NCBI GenBank assembly: GCA_050250255.1 | Contig: JBFWOZ010000013.1 | Coordinates: 1 to 64,000, forward strand | Direction of reading: 5' to 3' | DNA from: Bdellovibrionales bacterium | GTDB lineage: Bacteria; Bdellovibrionota; Bdellovibrionia; Bdellovibrionales; DASUEL01 | DNA: 64,000 nucleotides | Part shown: piece after piece, positions 20,573-28,929 of the stretch | Layout: the number at the start of each line of letters is the position of its first letter | Numbering within the stretch: the stretch's first letter is position 1 | The notes under the pieces: model-generated | The model's input: only the letters and a program-made list of their open reading frames with translations | Told to the model about the DNA's origin: nothing | The model's database searches: none | Made by a program: the position numbers and the translations under genes

Positions 20573-20786
20573 GTTTAATCAGTACCTCTCTACGCATCAT
20601 TAGTAACTTGTTTAGTTTTTCAAGAGCGGCATAGATTTCTGTCAATTGATTCACTTCTTCACTTATAACGTTGGGACGAGCTTTTACATCTTCAATGTAC
20701 GAATCGGTAAGAAGCATAGCTGTTCCCAAAGGGGTCGCCATGTCATGTAAAAATTGTCTTTCATCACTTCCATCATTTTTATCCAT
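20547..20786 (-). CDS. Stand-alone HisKA/DHp-like small protein (79 aa)
   Basis: FLHDMATPL H-box followed by two helices; GGAG RBS before ATG 20786; no ATPase domain. Confidence 0.7.
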   Translation of the reverse strand: MDKNDGSDERQFLHDMATPLGTAMLLTDSYIEDVKARPNVISEEVNQLTEIYAALEKLNKLLMMRREVLIKRGVPSART

Positions 20787-20902
20787 AAACACGCTCCACG
20801 GAATACACATTATCTAAATACATGTCGGCATTTTTAGTTAAACAAAGTATATTTATTAAATAAAAATTACGGCTCCTTATTGCGGCACTAGACTTTTGTA
20901 AA

Positions 20903-21067
20903 CTAGGCAGCCTGCGAAGGAGTAGTATGGTTTGCTTTACTCCGGCTTTTGGGGATAAGAATTACGAAGACGTATGCTAAAAATCTGCACGACTCACAAC
21001 CTAACCAGCCCATTACGAGAGTGGTCACTACCACAATCCTCAATAAAATTAATAGAAAACTGACCAT
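20903..21067 (-). CDS. 54-aa small membrane protein
   Basis: MVSFLLILLRIVVVTTLVMGWLGCESCRFLAYVFVILIPK...; downstream of a sigma28-like promoter. Confidence 0.4.
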   Translation of the reverse strand: MVSFLLILLRIVVVTTLVMGWLGCESCRFLAYVFVILIPKSRSKANHTTPSQAA

Positions 21068-21097
21068 GGCGAGAGTTAAGTTTTGGCATACTTATAA

Positions 21098-21124
21098 TTA
21101 TCGGTTGTTCTCCCGTTCTCTTAA
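21098..21124 (-). promoter_or_regulatory. sigma28/FliA-like promoter
   Basis: TTAAG-N14-ACCGATAA on the minus strand. Confidence 0.6.
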
Positions 21125-21266
21125 TCTGAGACTCTTCACCGGGCGAGCTTTACTGTAATAATTCATCTGGAAGGTAACTAGACCATGACAAGGAGCGCGG
21201 ACTCGACATTCAGAGGGCTTGCAATTCTATAAGCTTATTGCAAACCTATTAGCAACAGGAGACGCC

Positions 21267-21764
21267 ATGAAACAATTATTTATCTTTATCAGCCTTTTAT
21301 TGGCTTCGATCGCCCAAGCTGAAAGCATTTTTGTCACCTACTGGGGAGGCAATGACTCTTCCGCGACCATTAGCATGCAATCCAAGAGCCTTGCGGGATC
21401 AGGCAATGAAATGAAAATCTTCTTTGAACACTTTAAAGTAACGCCGGAGGATATTGCCGGTCGCGTTCTCATCAAAGAATTTCGAAATTTCGAAGGAGAT
21501 ATTGCCTTCATGTGTCGTCTCACAAAGCTCATTCAGCAATATCATTGTTCAATCGATGTTTTAACCAACGCTCATGGGAAAATTAGTAAAGCTGAGGGCT
21601 ATGTTTCGTACGTGGTGGAAGGTGCTGGTGCAGCAGAACTCTACAAGATCTTTAACGCTCCCAATGCGCCATTTTCTTTTTCTTCAACAGATGGCTTAGG
21701 AAAAGGAATTCAAATTCTCTCTTCTCCCACTCGCTTTGCGCTCAAATACACTGAGCAAAAATAA
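21267..21764 (+). CDS. Hypothetical secreted protein
   Basis: AGGAG RBS; signal peptide MKQLF...AQA. Confidence 0.75.
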   Translation: MKQLFIFISLLLASIAQAESIFVTYWGGNDSSATISMQSKSLAGSGNEMKIFFEHFKVTPEDIAGRVLIKEFRNFEGDIAFMCRLTKLIQQYHCSIDVLTNAHGKISKAEGYVSYVVEGAGAAELYKIFNAPNAPFSFSSTDGLGKGIQILSSPTRFALKYTEQK

Positions 21765-21819
21765 AGGTACGGACACACTTTTGGGACGCACCAAGTCCCA
21801 AAAGTGTGTCCGTACCTTT
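21763..21819. repeat. REP-like 57-bp palindrome, copy 2
   Basis: Identical to 16221-16277 except one loop base (gcaccaa vs gcactaa). Confidence 0.9.
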
Positions 21820-22613
21820 TAGCTGCTGGCCGAGGTGTAGTGCTTTAGGGCCCAATTCCAATATTTACTTGATAAATAGAGAGTCACTGCGCTCATTACG
21901 AGTACTAAAGGCACAAAAATGTAAGTCTGTTCTCCGAAAATCATTTGGGATGGAACGCTCGCAATAAATCCTACCGGCATGATAGATAAAATAAGATATC
22001 TCAGCCACTTAGGATAAAAGCTATCTGGCCGCGTACCTAATTTATAAATTTGGTACCATAAATAGGAGATGTTTTCAGCTCGAACTAAATAAAGGGCCGA
22101 TGCCGAGAAGAAGAATCTCAAACAATAACAAATCACCACCCCACAAGGTACGAAGAGCAAAAGCCACAACATACGTACCCAATTCACAGGTTCAATGGCG
22201 TTGAGTTCAAGTAGCGCATAAACTAAAAAACCAAAAGCGATAAATAAATTTCCTATGTAAGCCGCACTCACTTTATTCATACTCATTGTAAACTGAGAGT
22301 TGACCGGCTTTGCGAGCATCATATCCAAATCGCCCTTCCTTACTTTATCTGAAAAGCGATCCAGATTTTCTGAGAATAAAAGCATCCAGATTGAGTCCAC
22401 GAAAAAAAGGACTCCCAAAAAAACTTGAGTTTGTTCAAGGGTCCAACCACCAATTTTTGGACTTTGTAAAAACAAAACACGAAACACGCTGATTTGAGCC
22501 GTGTACCAAATGATATCCGTAAAAATACGAAGTGTGATATTGAGTCGGTATTCTAATTCTGTAATCACGCTCGCTTTAAAAAAGGCAAACCAAACGCCGA
22601 GATAGAATATCAT
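21819..22613 (-). CDS. ABC-2 family permease
   Basis: ELEYR, GWT, VRKGDLDMMLAKPV, YTSASS C-terminus. Confidence 0.88.
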   Translation of the reverse strand: MIFYLGVWFAFFKASVITELEYRLNITLRIFTDIIWYTAQISVFRVLFLQSPKIGGWTLEQTQVFLGVLFFVDSIWMLLFSENLDRFSDKVRKGDLDMMLAKPVNSQFTMSMNKVSAAYIGNLFIAFGFLVYALLELNAIEPVNWVRMLWLLLFVPCGVVICYCLRFFFSASALYLVRAENISYLWYQIYKLGTRPDSFYPKWLRYLILSIMPVGFIASVPSQMIFGEQTYIFVPLVLVMSAVTLYLSSKYWNWALKHYTSASS

Positions 22614-23446
22614 CAGGCACCGGTCCCACTATAAGAGCGAAGACCTTGTCGCCAAAGTAGGTATGCAAAGGCTCCAAGCACAACAATCCCATAGGTGATC
22701 GTATAGAATCCGTGAACAAAAGCATCGACTTCAATACGTCCTATAAGATAGGCCACCGGCACATAAACGGAACTACTAAATGGTAAACTCAGTAAAAAAC
22801 TGCGATAAGGTTCCGGTGTGAGATCAAGGGGAAATAATTCTCCAGAAATAATCCAAAGCGTGAGATTTTTCGCAACCGTAAATGAATGCACACGATTAAA
22901 ATAAAAAGCCATAGAGCAAATACAAATGCTCATGATGTGAACAAGAACTAGGTAATAGAGAACCATCACAAGAACGGCCGGCAATCTCGAAAGAATAACG
23001 GGAGATCCCCATATAAAATGAATCCCTAATGGAATTGTGAGTGAAAAAGCCGTCGTGATCATTTTGTAACCCAAGAGCTGGCTTAGGTAATATTCAAAAA
23101 AGGAAATAGGGCGAGCCAGGATAGAGTTCACGGCACCGGAATCAATTTCTTCCACCATTCGAAACTCAAACATCCAGCTGGTACTGATACGAGCAATAAA
23201 AGCGGCCCATAAAACATAGCTGAGGTAGTTTTCTTTACTGAACCCAGCAATCGTCGTTGAGTCGACCGCTTGAAATAAAGCAAGCCACAAAAGGGTTTCG
23301 ATCAACGCGTGCGTCGCTGGTTGCACAAGCACGTCAGTGATGAAGTTCACTCTATATTCGAGCTGTGACTGTACTGCCAGACGAAAGAACCCTAGATTCT
23401 TTCTCCAGAAACTTACGAATAACGTCTTCAAAATTAGCCTCTTCAA
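22613..23446 (-). CDS. ABC-2 family permease (start uncertain)
   Basis: QLEYR, IDSGAVNSILARPI, SGELFPLD, YSGTGA. Confidence 0.85.
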   Translation of the reverse strand: MKRLILKTLFVSFWRKNLGFFRLAVQSQLEYRVNFITDVLVQPATHALIETLLWLALFQAVDSTTIAGFSKENYLSYVLWAAFIARISTSWMFEFRMVEEIDSGAVNSILARPISFFEYYLSQLLGYKMITTAFSLTIPLGIHFIWGSPVILSRLPAVLVMVLYYLVLVHIMSICICSMAFYFNRVHSFTVAKNLTLWIISGELFPLDLTPEPYRSFLLSLPFSSSVYVPVAYLIGRIEVDAFVHGFYTITYGIVVLGAFAYLLWRQGLRSYSGTGA

Positions 23447-24368
23447 TTTTTAATTCTTGTACTGATGCAGATCTTGTCAGTTGCGAAATCACCGAAGCCA
23501 TTTCTGACACCGCTATTTCTAAAATAAGATCGGTTTTTCCTTTTTCGCAGAGGACTCCGTTAGCAAGTTGTATTTCTTGAGCGAGTGGTTCAAAAAATTT
23601 CATGTGGAGCTGTTGAGTGGGTTCGGCTTTCTGAATGAACCGCTTGACAGTTCCATCATAAACAATCGCTCCCTGGCTAATCAGTAAAAGGCGATCCGCT
23701 AATGTCGCAATATCATCCATGTAATGGCTCGTGAGAATCACTGTAGGTCCGTGGTTTTTTACGTAGGAGCTCAAGAAATCTCGAATTGTTGATTGAGCGA
23801 CAACATCCAATCCAATTGTCGGCTCATCTAAAAACAAAACATCGGGGCTATGAAGAAGACTTCCAACAATCTCCATCTTCATACGCTCCCCAAGGCTTAA
23901 GCGACGAAGCTGAACTTGTAATTGGTCGGTACAAGCGAGAAGTGTTGCCAATTCCTCGACACGTTTTCTGGCTACATTGGGGTCAAGATCGTAAATTTTC
24001 GCAAGGAGGTTATAACTATCAACAGGAGGGATATCCCACCAGAGTTGATTTTTCTGACCTAAGAGAATGCTGATACGTCTGAGATATTCATAACGTCTCT
24101 CCCAAGGACGGTAGCCTAGAATTTTAGCATCTCCACCCGTCGGATAAATAAGGCCTGCAAGAAGTTTTAAGAGCGTGGTTTTACCCGCACCGTTTGCACC
24201 CACAAGACCGACAATTTGCCCGCCACCAATCGATAAAGTCGTTGGCTTAAGAGCTTGCTTCTCAATGTATTCGCGATTCCAAAACCCTTTGATGGAGCTC
24301 ATCACTCCTTCGGGCTTTTTATAGGTTTTGTAGTTACGGCTCAGGGCTGTGGTTTCAATGACGTTCAT
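23352..24368 (-). CDS. ABC transporter ATP-binding protein
   Basis: GANGAGKTT, GQKNQLWWD, LSLGERMK, FLDEPT, TSH. Confidence 0.95.
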   Translation of the reverse strand: MNVIETTALSRNYKTYKKPEGVMSSIKGFWNREYIEKQALKPTTLSIGGGQIVGLVGANGAGKTTLLKLLAGLIYPTGGDAKILGYRPWERRYEYLRRISILLGQKNQLWWDIPPVDSYNLLAKIYDLDPNVARKRVEELATLLACTDQLQVQLRRLSLGERMKMEIVGSLLHSPDVLFLDEPTIGLDVVAQSTIRDFLSSYVKNHGPTVILTSHYMDDIATLADRLLLISQGAIVYDGTVKRFIQKAEPTQQLHMKFFEPLAQEIQLANGVLCEKGKTDLILEIAVSEMASVISQLTRSASVQELKIEEANFEDVIRKFLEKESRVLSSGSTVTARI

Positions 24369-24459
24369 AGTTAAGGGTTAACCTATGAGGGATAACTCTG
24401 GCAAGAAAAGGCCTCAGATGGGCTCGAAAAACTAGTGTACTACAAACAGATGGCCTTCA

Positions 24460-24726
24460 TTATTCGCCACAGTAGGCGACAACTTCCACCGTACAAACAT
24501 CATGATCTCTGCTCAGAATTCCAACACCAAGTTCAGGAACAACAGCAGTCAACGTACCGCCATTTGCTTTACATTCTGCACGAAGATCTTTAATGGCCTG
24601 AGCGGTATTAAAAAAACAATGGCCGTTTTTACCTACATCACCAGTCATTCTCACTTCGGCCGAAATATCCGCTGATGCTACTAAAGAAAATCCTGTTGCT
24701 AATACGAATAATACTTTTGCTTTCAT
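24460..24726 (-). CDS. Small secreted Cys-containing protein
   Basis: AGGA RBS; signal peptide MKAKVLF...ASA; four Cys. Confidence 0.7.
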   Translation of the reverse strand: MKAKVLFVLATGFSLVASADISAEVRMTGDVGKNGHCFFNTAQAIKDLRAECKANGGTLTAVVPELGVGILSRDHDVCTVEVVAYCGE

Positions 24727-24737
24727 TTTATAAATCC

Positions 24738-25046
24738 TTATTCTGCGCAAACTTCTGAGACTCTGCCAGAGGGATCAGAGTTAATGGTTTTTACCGTTAC
24801 CCAATTGTAAATCACTTTTGATTCTAGGGGGTTCCAAGTCGCCTGCTTCACTTGCAAGTCAATCTGATAGGATCTGCCTTCTGGGATACACGGACTTCCT
24901 TCTTTATTCTCAATAGCCTTAATCACAGTTCTTGTGTCCTGACTTTTAAGATTTTGAGCCACACGGTTAACAACATTTGGCGTTGGCTGAGCCGAAGTAG
25001 CAAAGGAGAAAGCACTCATGAGAACGATCAATACGAGAGACTTCAT
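24738..25046 (-). CDS. Small secreted protein
   Basis: AAGGA RBS; signal peptide MKSLVL...TSA; two Cys. Confidence 0.7.
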   Translation of the reverse strand: MKSLVLIVLMSAFSFATSAQPTPNVVNRVAQNLKSQDTRTVIKAIENKEGSPCIPEGRSYQIDLQVKQATWNPLESKVIYNWVTVKTINSDPSGRVSEVCAE

Positions 25047-25130
25047 AGAAATCCTTTTGTTAAGTTTTGCCACTTTTAACATAGGTCAAATAAAAGTCAT
25101 TGGCAGACTCTTTATAGATAAACAATTTGA

Positions 25131-25667
25131 AAGAAATACGGAGGCCTAAGTCACGCCAGTCAGAAAACATGCGGAGCCCTTGGTAAAAGCTTTTTAAGCC
25201 GCTTCAAACCTGCCCAGGACTTTGAACTTCCAAGTAGCACTCCACGCTGGACGACTCAGCTACTCAGTCAACTCAACACCAAAGCGTTAAATGCGAGCAA
25301 AACATCCATCGTGTTTAACAATACCGTTGGATATATACCGGTTCTTTTGCGTGCATCAGATCTTCATATCGTTCGCGGTCCTGTTAACATTTTTGAAGGT
25401 TTAAATTTGAGAACACCAACGCTTGTGTTTAATAACGAATGGACTCTTGGAAACTACGATGCGTCTGCTTATATGGAGGCTGTCGATCTCGTAAAAAAAT
25501 ATCCAGCTTTTCGTGAAATTTCAAATATGAAAGAATTTGATGTGAACGCACAAGCACTTCTGAAAATTAAAAACGTTCACCCTCTTTACAAAGCTCAAAA
25601 CTACAAATTATTAAGGCAGCTCCTCACATATATTGAGGAACGACTTTCGCCAGAAAAAAAGACCTAG
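25131..25667 (+). pseudogene. Probable 5'-truncated secreted-protein gene
   Basis: Frame is open from 25131 (after TGA 25128-25130), but the first 60 codons have no ATG/GTG/TTG; begins ...GLSHA-SQKTC like the end of a signal peptide. Confidence 0.4.
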
Positions 25668-25704
25668 AGAACGGAAGATTTTGGTAATCCAATTGCAGCC
25701 TCTT

Positions 25705-26226
25705 CTAAATAGTACTGAGTTTTCGTTCAAATACTTCTTTTAAAATATTGAGTAGGATAAAAGGACCAGCGCTGGCTGAAATCATATCTCCTCTATGCGC
25801 AAAGGCCCAGATAAGAGCGAATGCAGTAGCTAAAAGATAATAGACAGAATATTTCTTCTCGGAATGACTTTTAGAAATAGCTGTTTCAAAAACTCCCGTG
25901 CGAGAGAAAATCGTCGCCGCTATACAGACAACAGCGACAAAAAAGATGATGCCTGCTTCTTTTAAATATTCCATAAAGTTGAGTAAGATTTCGTTTTTGA
26001 AGAAAAAGGCTATGCCGCCAAAAATAAAGAAGAGATTTACCCCCGCCACAAGTCGACTCATTTTATTTTTTAGTAGAGGCAAAAGAATCATAAGCTGAAT
26101 CACAGCCATCAAAGCCGCCCACTGAAAAGCTATGGACCAGCCTTGATTGGTAAAATCGTAGCTCCGCGCAATGATCAAAAATGCGGTGAGAGGAAAGAAT
26201 TGAAGGAGGGCCAAGATTTTTTTCAT
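25705..26226 (-). CDS. Hypothetical integral membrane protein
   Basis: About six hydrophobic segments. Confidence 0.75.
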   Translation of the reverse strand: MKKILALLQFFPLTAFLIIARSYDFTNQGWSIAFQWAALMAVIQLMILLPLLKNKMSRLVAGVNLFFIFGGIAFFFKNEILLNFMEYLKEAGIIFFVAVVCIAATIFSRTGVFETAISKSHSEKKYSVYYLLATAFALIWAFAHRGDMISASAGPFILLNILKEVFERKLSTI

Positions 26227-26399
26227 GATCTGGGTCTATCGAAAAAGCCCCTCGCTGTCTATAGAACAGAGTTTATCGCAATACCTGCGTATCCAAGCAA
26301 ATCCGAAATCTGTTACAAGTCATGATCTGCATATCCATCCTTTTGATAGCTTCAAAGGCTCCAATTTTGAATGAACTCAGAGCAACAAAGGAGAACAAT

Positions 26400-26726
26400 G
26401 TGAAGAATTTTAGAACGTTAGATTTATCTATAGAATTTTATGAACTCATAAAGCCACTACAAATGGATAAGAGACTTAGAAATCAGTTACATCGAGCTGC
26501 TTCATCAATTTCACTCAATTTGTCCGAGGGAAATGCTAAAGGTTCGGCGCTTGAGAAAAAGCATTTCTTTCAAACTGCTTACGCGTCTCTAAGAGAATGC
26601 CAGACGATTTTTCGCTTAAGCCAAACAAATGATGAAAGCGTTTTAAGCACAGCAGATAAATTAGGAGCTCACCTATATCGGCTTATTAATTCGGAGATTC
26701 AATCTTCGCCAAATTGGCGAAAGTAA
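26400..26726 (+). CDS. Four-helix-bundle protein (23S rRNA intervening-sequence protein family)
   Basis: QLHRAASSISLNLSEG, FFQTAYASLRECQ; AAGGAG RBS before GTG 26400. Confidence 0.88.
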   Translation: MKNFRTLDLSIEFYELIKPLQMDKRLRNQLHRAASSISLNLSEGNAKGSALEKKHFFQTAYASLRECQTIFRLSQTNDESVLSTADKLGAHLYRLINSEIQSSPNWRK

Positions 26727-26763
26727 TGTCAGAATTCCGTAGTTCGAGTCCTGACGCCTAAAA

Positions 26764-26812
26764 CCGATATCTGCTATCGGATATCTGAACTCTGATATCA
26801 AATATCTGGAGC
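26764..26812. repeat. Degenerate heptamer tandem array (consensus about CTGATAT)
   Basis: ccgatat ctgctat cggatat ctgaact ctgatat caaatat ctggagc. Confidence 0.7.
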
Positions 26813-26828
26813 GCCCGAAGGGTGCGAT

Positions 26829-26905
26829 TGGTGGGCCCACCAGGACTTGAACCTGGGATCCGCCGGTTATGAGCCGGCTGCTTTAACCAACTAAGCTATA
26901 GGCCC
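26829..26905 (-). tRNA. tRNA with CAT anticodon, probably tRNA-Ile2 (lysidine)
   Basis: GGGCCTA/TGGGCCC acceptor stem, GCCGG-CTCATAA-CCGGC anticodon arm, GTTCAAG T-loop, encoded CCA; no initiator features. Confidence 0.92.
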
Positions 26906-26906
26906 G

Positions 26907-27032
26907 TAGAATAGACTGACTGGTTCGATCTTCGTCGTTGCTTTCGATCTCGTCTCCATCGCTGTACGGGAAGTACAGCTCAGTCGCCTCGACCTTCAGC
27001 GCCTAGAATCTCGAATCATTCAGTCTATTCTA
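26907..27032. mobile_element. 126-bp palindromic MITE/REP-like insertion between rpoD and the tRNA
   Basis: 13-bp terminal inverted repeat TAGAATAGACTGA/TCAGTCTATTCTA; internal GCTGTAC-gggaa-GTACAGC hairpin. Confidence 0.5.
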
Positions 27033-27043
27033 GACCACTGTGA

Positions 27044-28873
27044 TTAGCTGTCAATGAATGTGCGTAGACGCTTCGAGCGACTTGGATGACGCAGCTTACG
27101 GAGAGCTTTCGCCTCAATCTGACGAATACGCTCGCGAGTCACGTTAAAGTCCTGACCCACCTCTTCAAGAGTGTGGCTGCTCTCTTCCCCGATACCAAAG
27201 CGCATACGAAGCACTTTCTCTTCACGAGGAGTGAGCGTCGCAAGGACACGACGTGTTTGCTCGGCTAAGTTCATATTCACGATAGCCTCAGAAGGATTGA
27301 TGACCTTTTTGTCTTCAATAAAATCTCCGAGAAGTGAATCTTCTTCTTCACCTACAGGAGTTTCCAAACTGATTGGCTCTTTAGCGATTTTTAAGACTTT
27401 ACGAACTTTATCGATCGGCATTTCCATCTTCGCCGCGATTTCCTCTGGCACTGGCTCACGACCTAACTCTTGAACGAGGTAACGAGACACGCGAACAAGC
27501 TTATTGATCGTTTCGATCATGTGCACAGGAATACGGATCGTGCGGGCCTGATCGGCAATCGCGCGAGTGATCGCCTGACGAATCCACCAAGTCGCATAAG
27601 TTGAAAACTTATAACCACGACGGTATTCAAATTTATCAACGGCCTTCATAAGACCGATGTTTCCTTCTTGAATCAAATCCAAAAACTGAAGACCACGGTT
27701 TGTATATTTTTTCGCGATCGAAACTACGAGACGTAAGTTTGCCTCAACGAGTTCTGATTTCGCGGCATCGGCTTTACGTTCACCCTTCCAAATCAAAGTG
27801 TGAGTATCGCGGATCCATTTGAAATTCATTTCTGTTTCTGATTCTAAACGATCGAGACGCCCTTTTGAATCTGTCGCACGTACATAATAAGTTTTAAAAG
27901 CTTCAAAACTCAAACCAGTTTCTTTGTTGAGTCTTGTCATCTCTTTATCGTTTGTGCGGCCCTTCTCGTAACGATTAGAAAGATCCGCTAAGTCTTTAGA
28001 GAAAGTTTTGTCATTGCTAATTTTGATACGGCGATTGAGCTCACCAACACGGTTCACAAGGTTTTTAAATTTGATCACAACACGATCAATCGTCTTACGA
28101 TTGAAGTTGATCTCTTCAAAGTGAGCCATCACTTCGTTATTGATTTTTACAAGTTCCTCTTGAGCCTTCTTCACTGCCGACTCAGAAGAGGATTCGTCTC
28201 TTAAAGTAGCAAAAATCTTTTCTGTTTTCTTTTGATATTTTTTTACTTCGCCGATGAGCTGAGTGATTTTATCGACATATTCTTGTTCGTTATATTGAGT
28301 TTCTTCATCCTCAAGGCCACGGAAGATGGATCGCACTTTTAAGCGACCAGACTTCATACGCTCACCGAGTTGGATGATCTCCCAAGTACCGAGCGGAGAC
28401 ATAAGGATCGCTTTTACGATTTCGCGCTCCCCCTGCTCGATACGCTGAGCGATTTCTACTTCCCCTTCGCGGGTCAAAAGAGAAACACTTCCCATTTTGC
28501 GTAAATAGAGGCGTACCGGATCATTGCCTTTGCTGTCTTCAGCTTCGGCCTTTTCACTCTCTTCTTCTTCTTCCTCTTCCTTGTTCGGATCTCCAAGGAA
28601 TCCACTGCCTTCTTCGCCCTCTTCACGCGAAGTTGACGCTTCAGCAATTTTTACATCCGCCTTCTCAAGCGCTTGCATGAAAGCATCAAGCACTTCAGGA
28701 GCAATGACTTCTGCAGGAAGTTGTTCGTTGATTTCTTCGATCGAGAGCTCTTCTTTGGTTTTCGAGAGAGCGATAAATCTTTGAATTTCTTCGGTAATTA
28801 TTGCTTCTTGTTCTTTAAGGCTAAGCTCTTTTTTGTCTGAACTTTTCTCTGAGAGCTCTTTTGATTTCGTCAT
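27044..28873 (-). CDS. rpoD: RNA polymerase primary sigma factor sigma70
   Basis: [46 protein letters not shown]. Confidence 0.98.
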   Translation of the reverse strand: MTKSKELSEKSSDKKELSLKEQEAIITEEIQRFIALSKTKEELSIEEINEQLPAEVIAPEVLDAFMQALEKADVKIAEASTSREEGEEGSGFLGDPNKEEEEEEESEKAEAEDSKGNDPVRLYLRKMGSVSLLTREGEVEIAQRIEQGEREIVKAILMSPLGTWEIIQLGERMKSGRLKVRSIFRGLEDEETQYNEQEYVDKITQLIGEVKKYQKKTEKIFATLRDESSSESAVKKAQEELVKINNEVMAHFEEINFNRKTIDRVVIKFKNLVNRVGELNRRIKISNDKTFSKDLADLSNRYEKGRTNDKEMTRLNKETGLSFEAFKTYYVRATDSKGRLDRLESETEMNFKWIRDTHTLIWKGERKADAAKSELVEANLRLVVSIAKKYTNRGLQFLDLIQEGNIGLMKAVDKFEYRRGYKFSTYATWWIRQAITRAIADQARTIRIPVHMIETINKLVRVSRYLVQELGREPVPEEIAAKMEMPIDKVRKVLKIAKEPISLETPVGEEEDSLLGDFIEDKKVINPSEAIVNMNLAEQTRRVLATLTPREEKVLRMRFGIGEESSHTLEEVGQDFNVTRERIRQIEAKALRKLRHPSRSKRLRTFIDS

Positions 28874-28929
28874 ATCGTCTTACGTCCTTCTTCAACCACC
28901 ACTTAATTTCGATCTCAAATCCGCTAAAA

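Noticed and set aside
16201..21819. Palindromic repeats as a CRISPR array
   Set aside because: Only two copies 5.5 kb apart, with no spacers and no cas genes.
23352..23446. Overlap between ABC ATPase and permease as a recoding signal
   Set aside because: More simply explained by an uncertain permease start and a short C-terminal tail; no slippery site seen.
26400..26726. Four-helix-bundle gene as the Avd of a diversity-generating retroelement
   Set aside because: No reverse transcriptase or TR/VR repeat pair was seen in the window.
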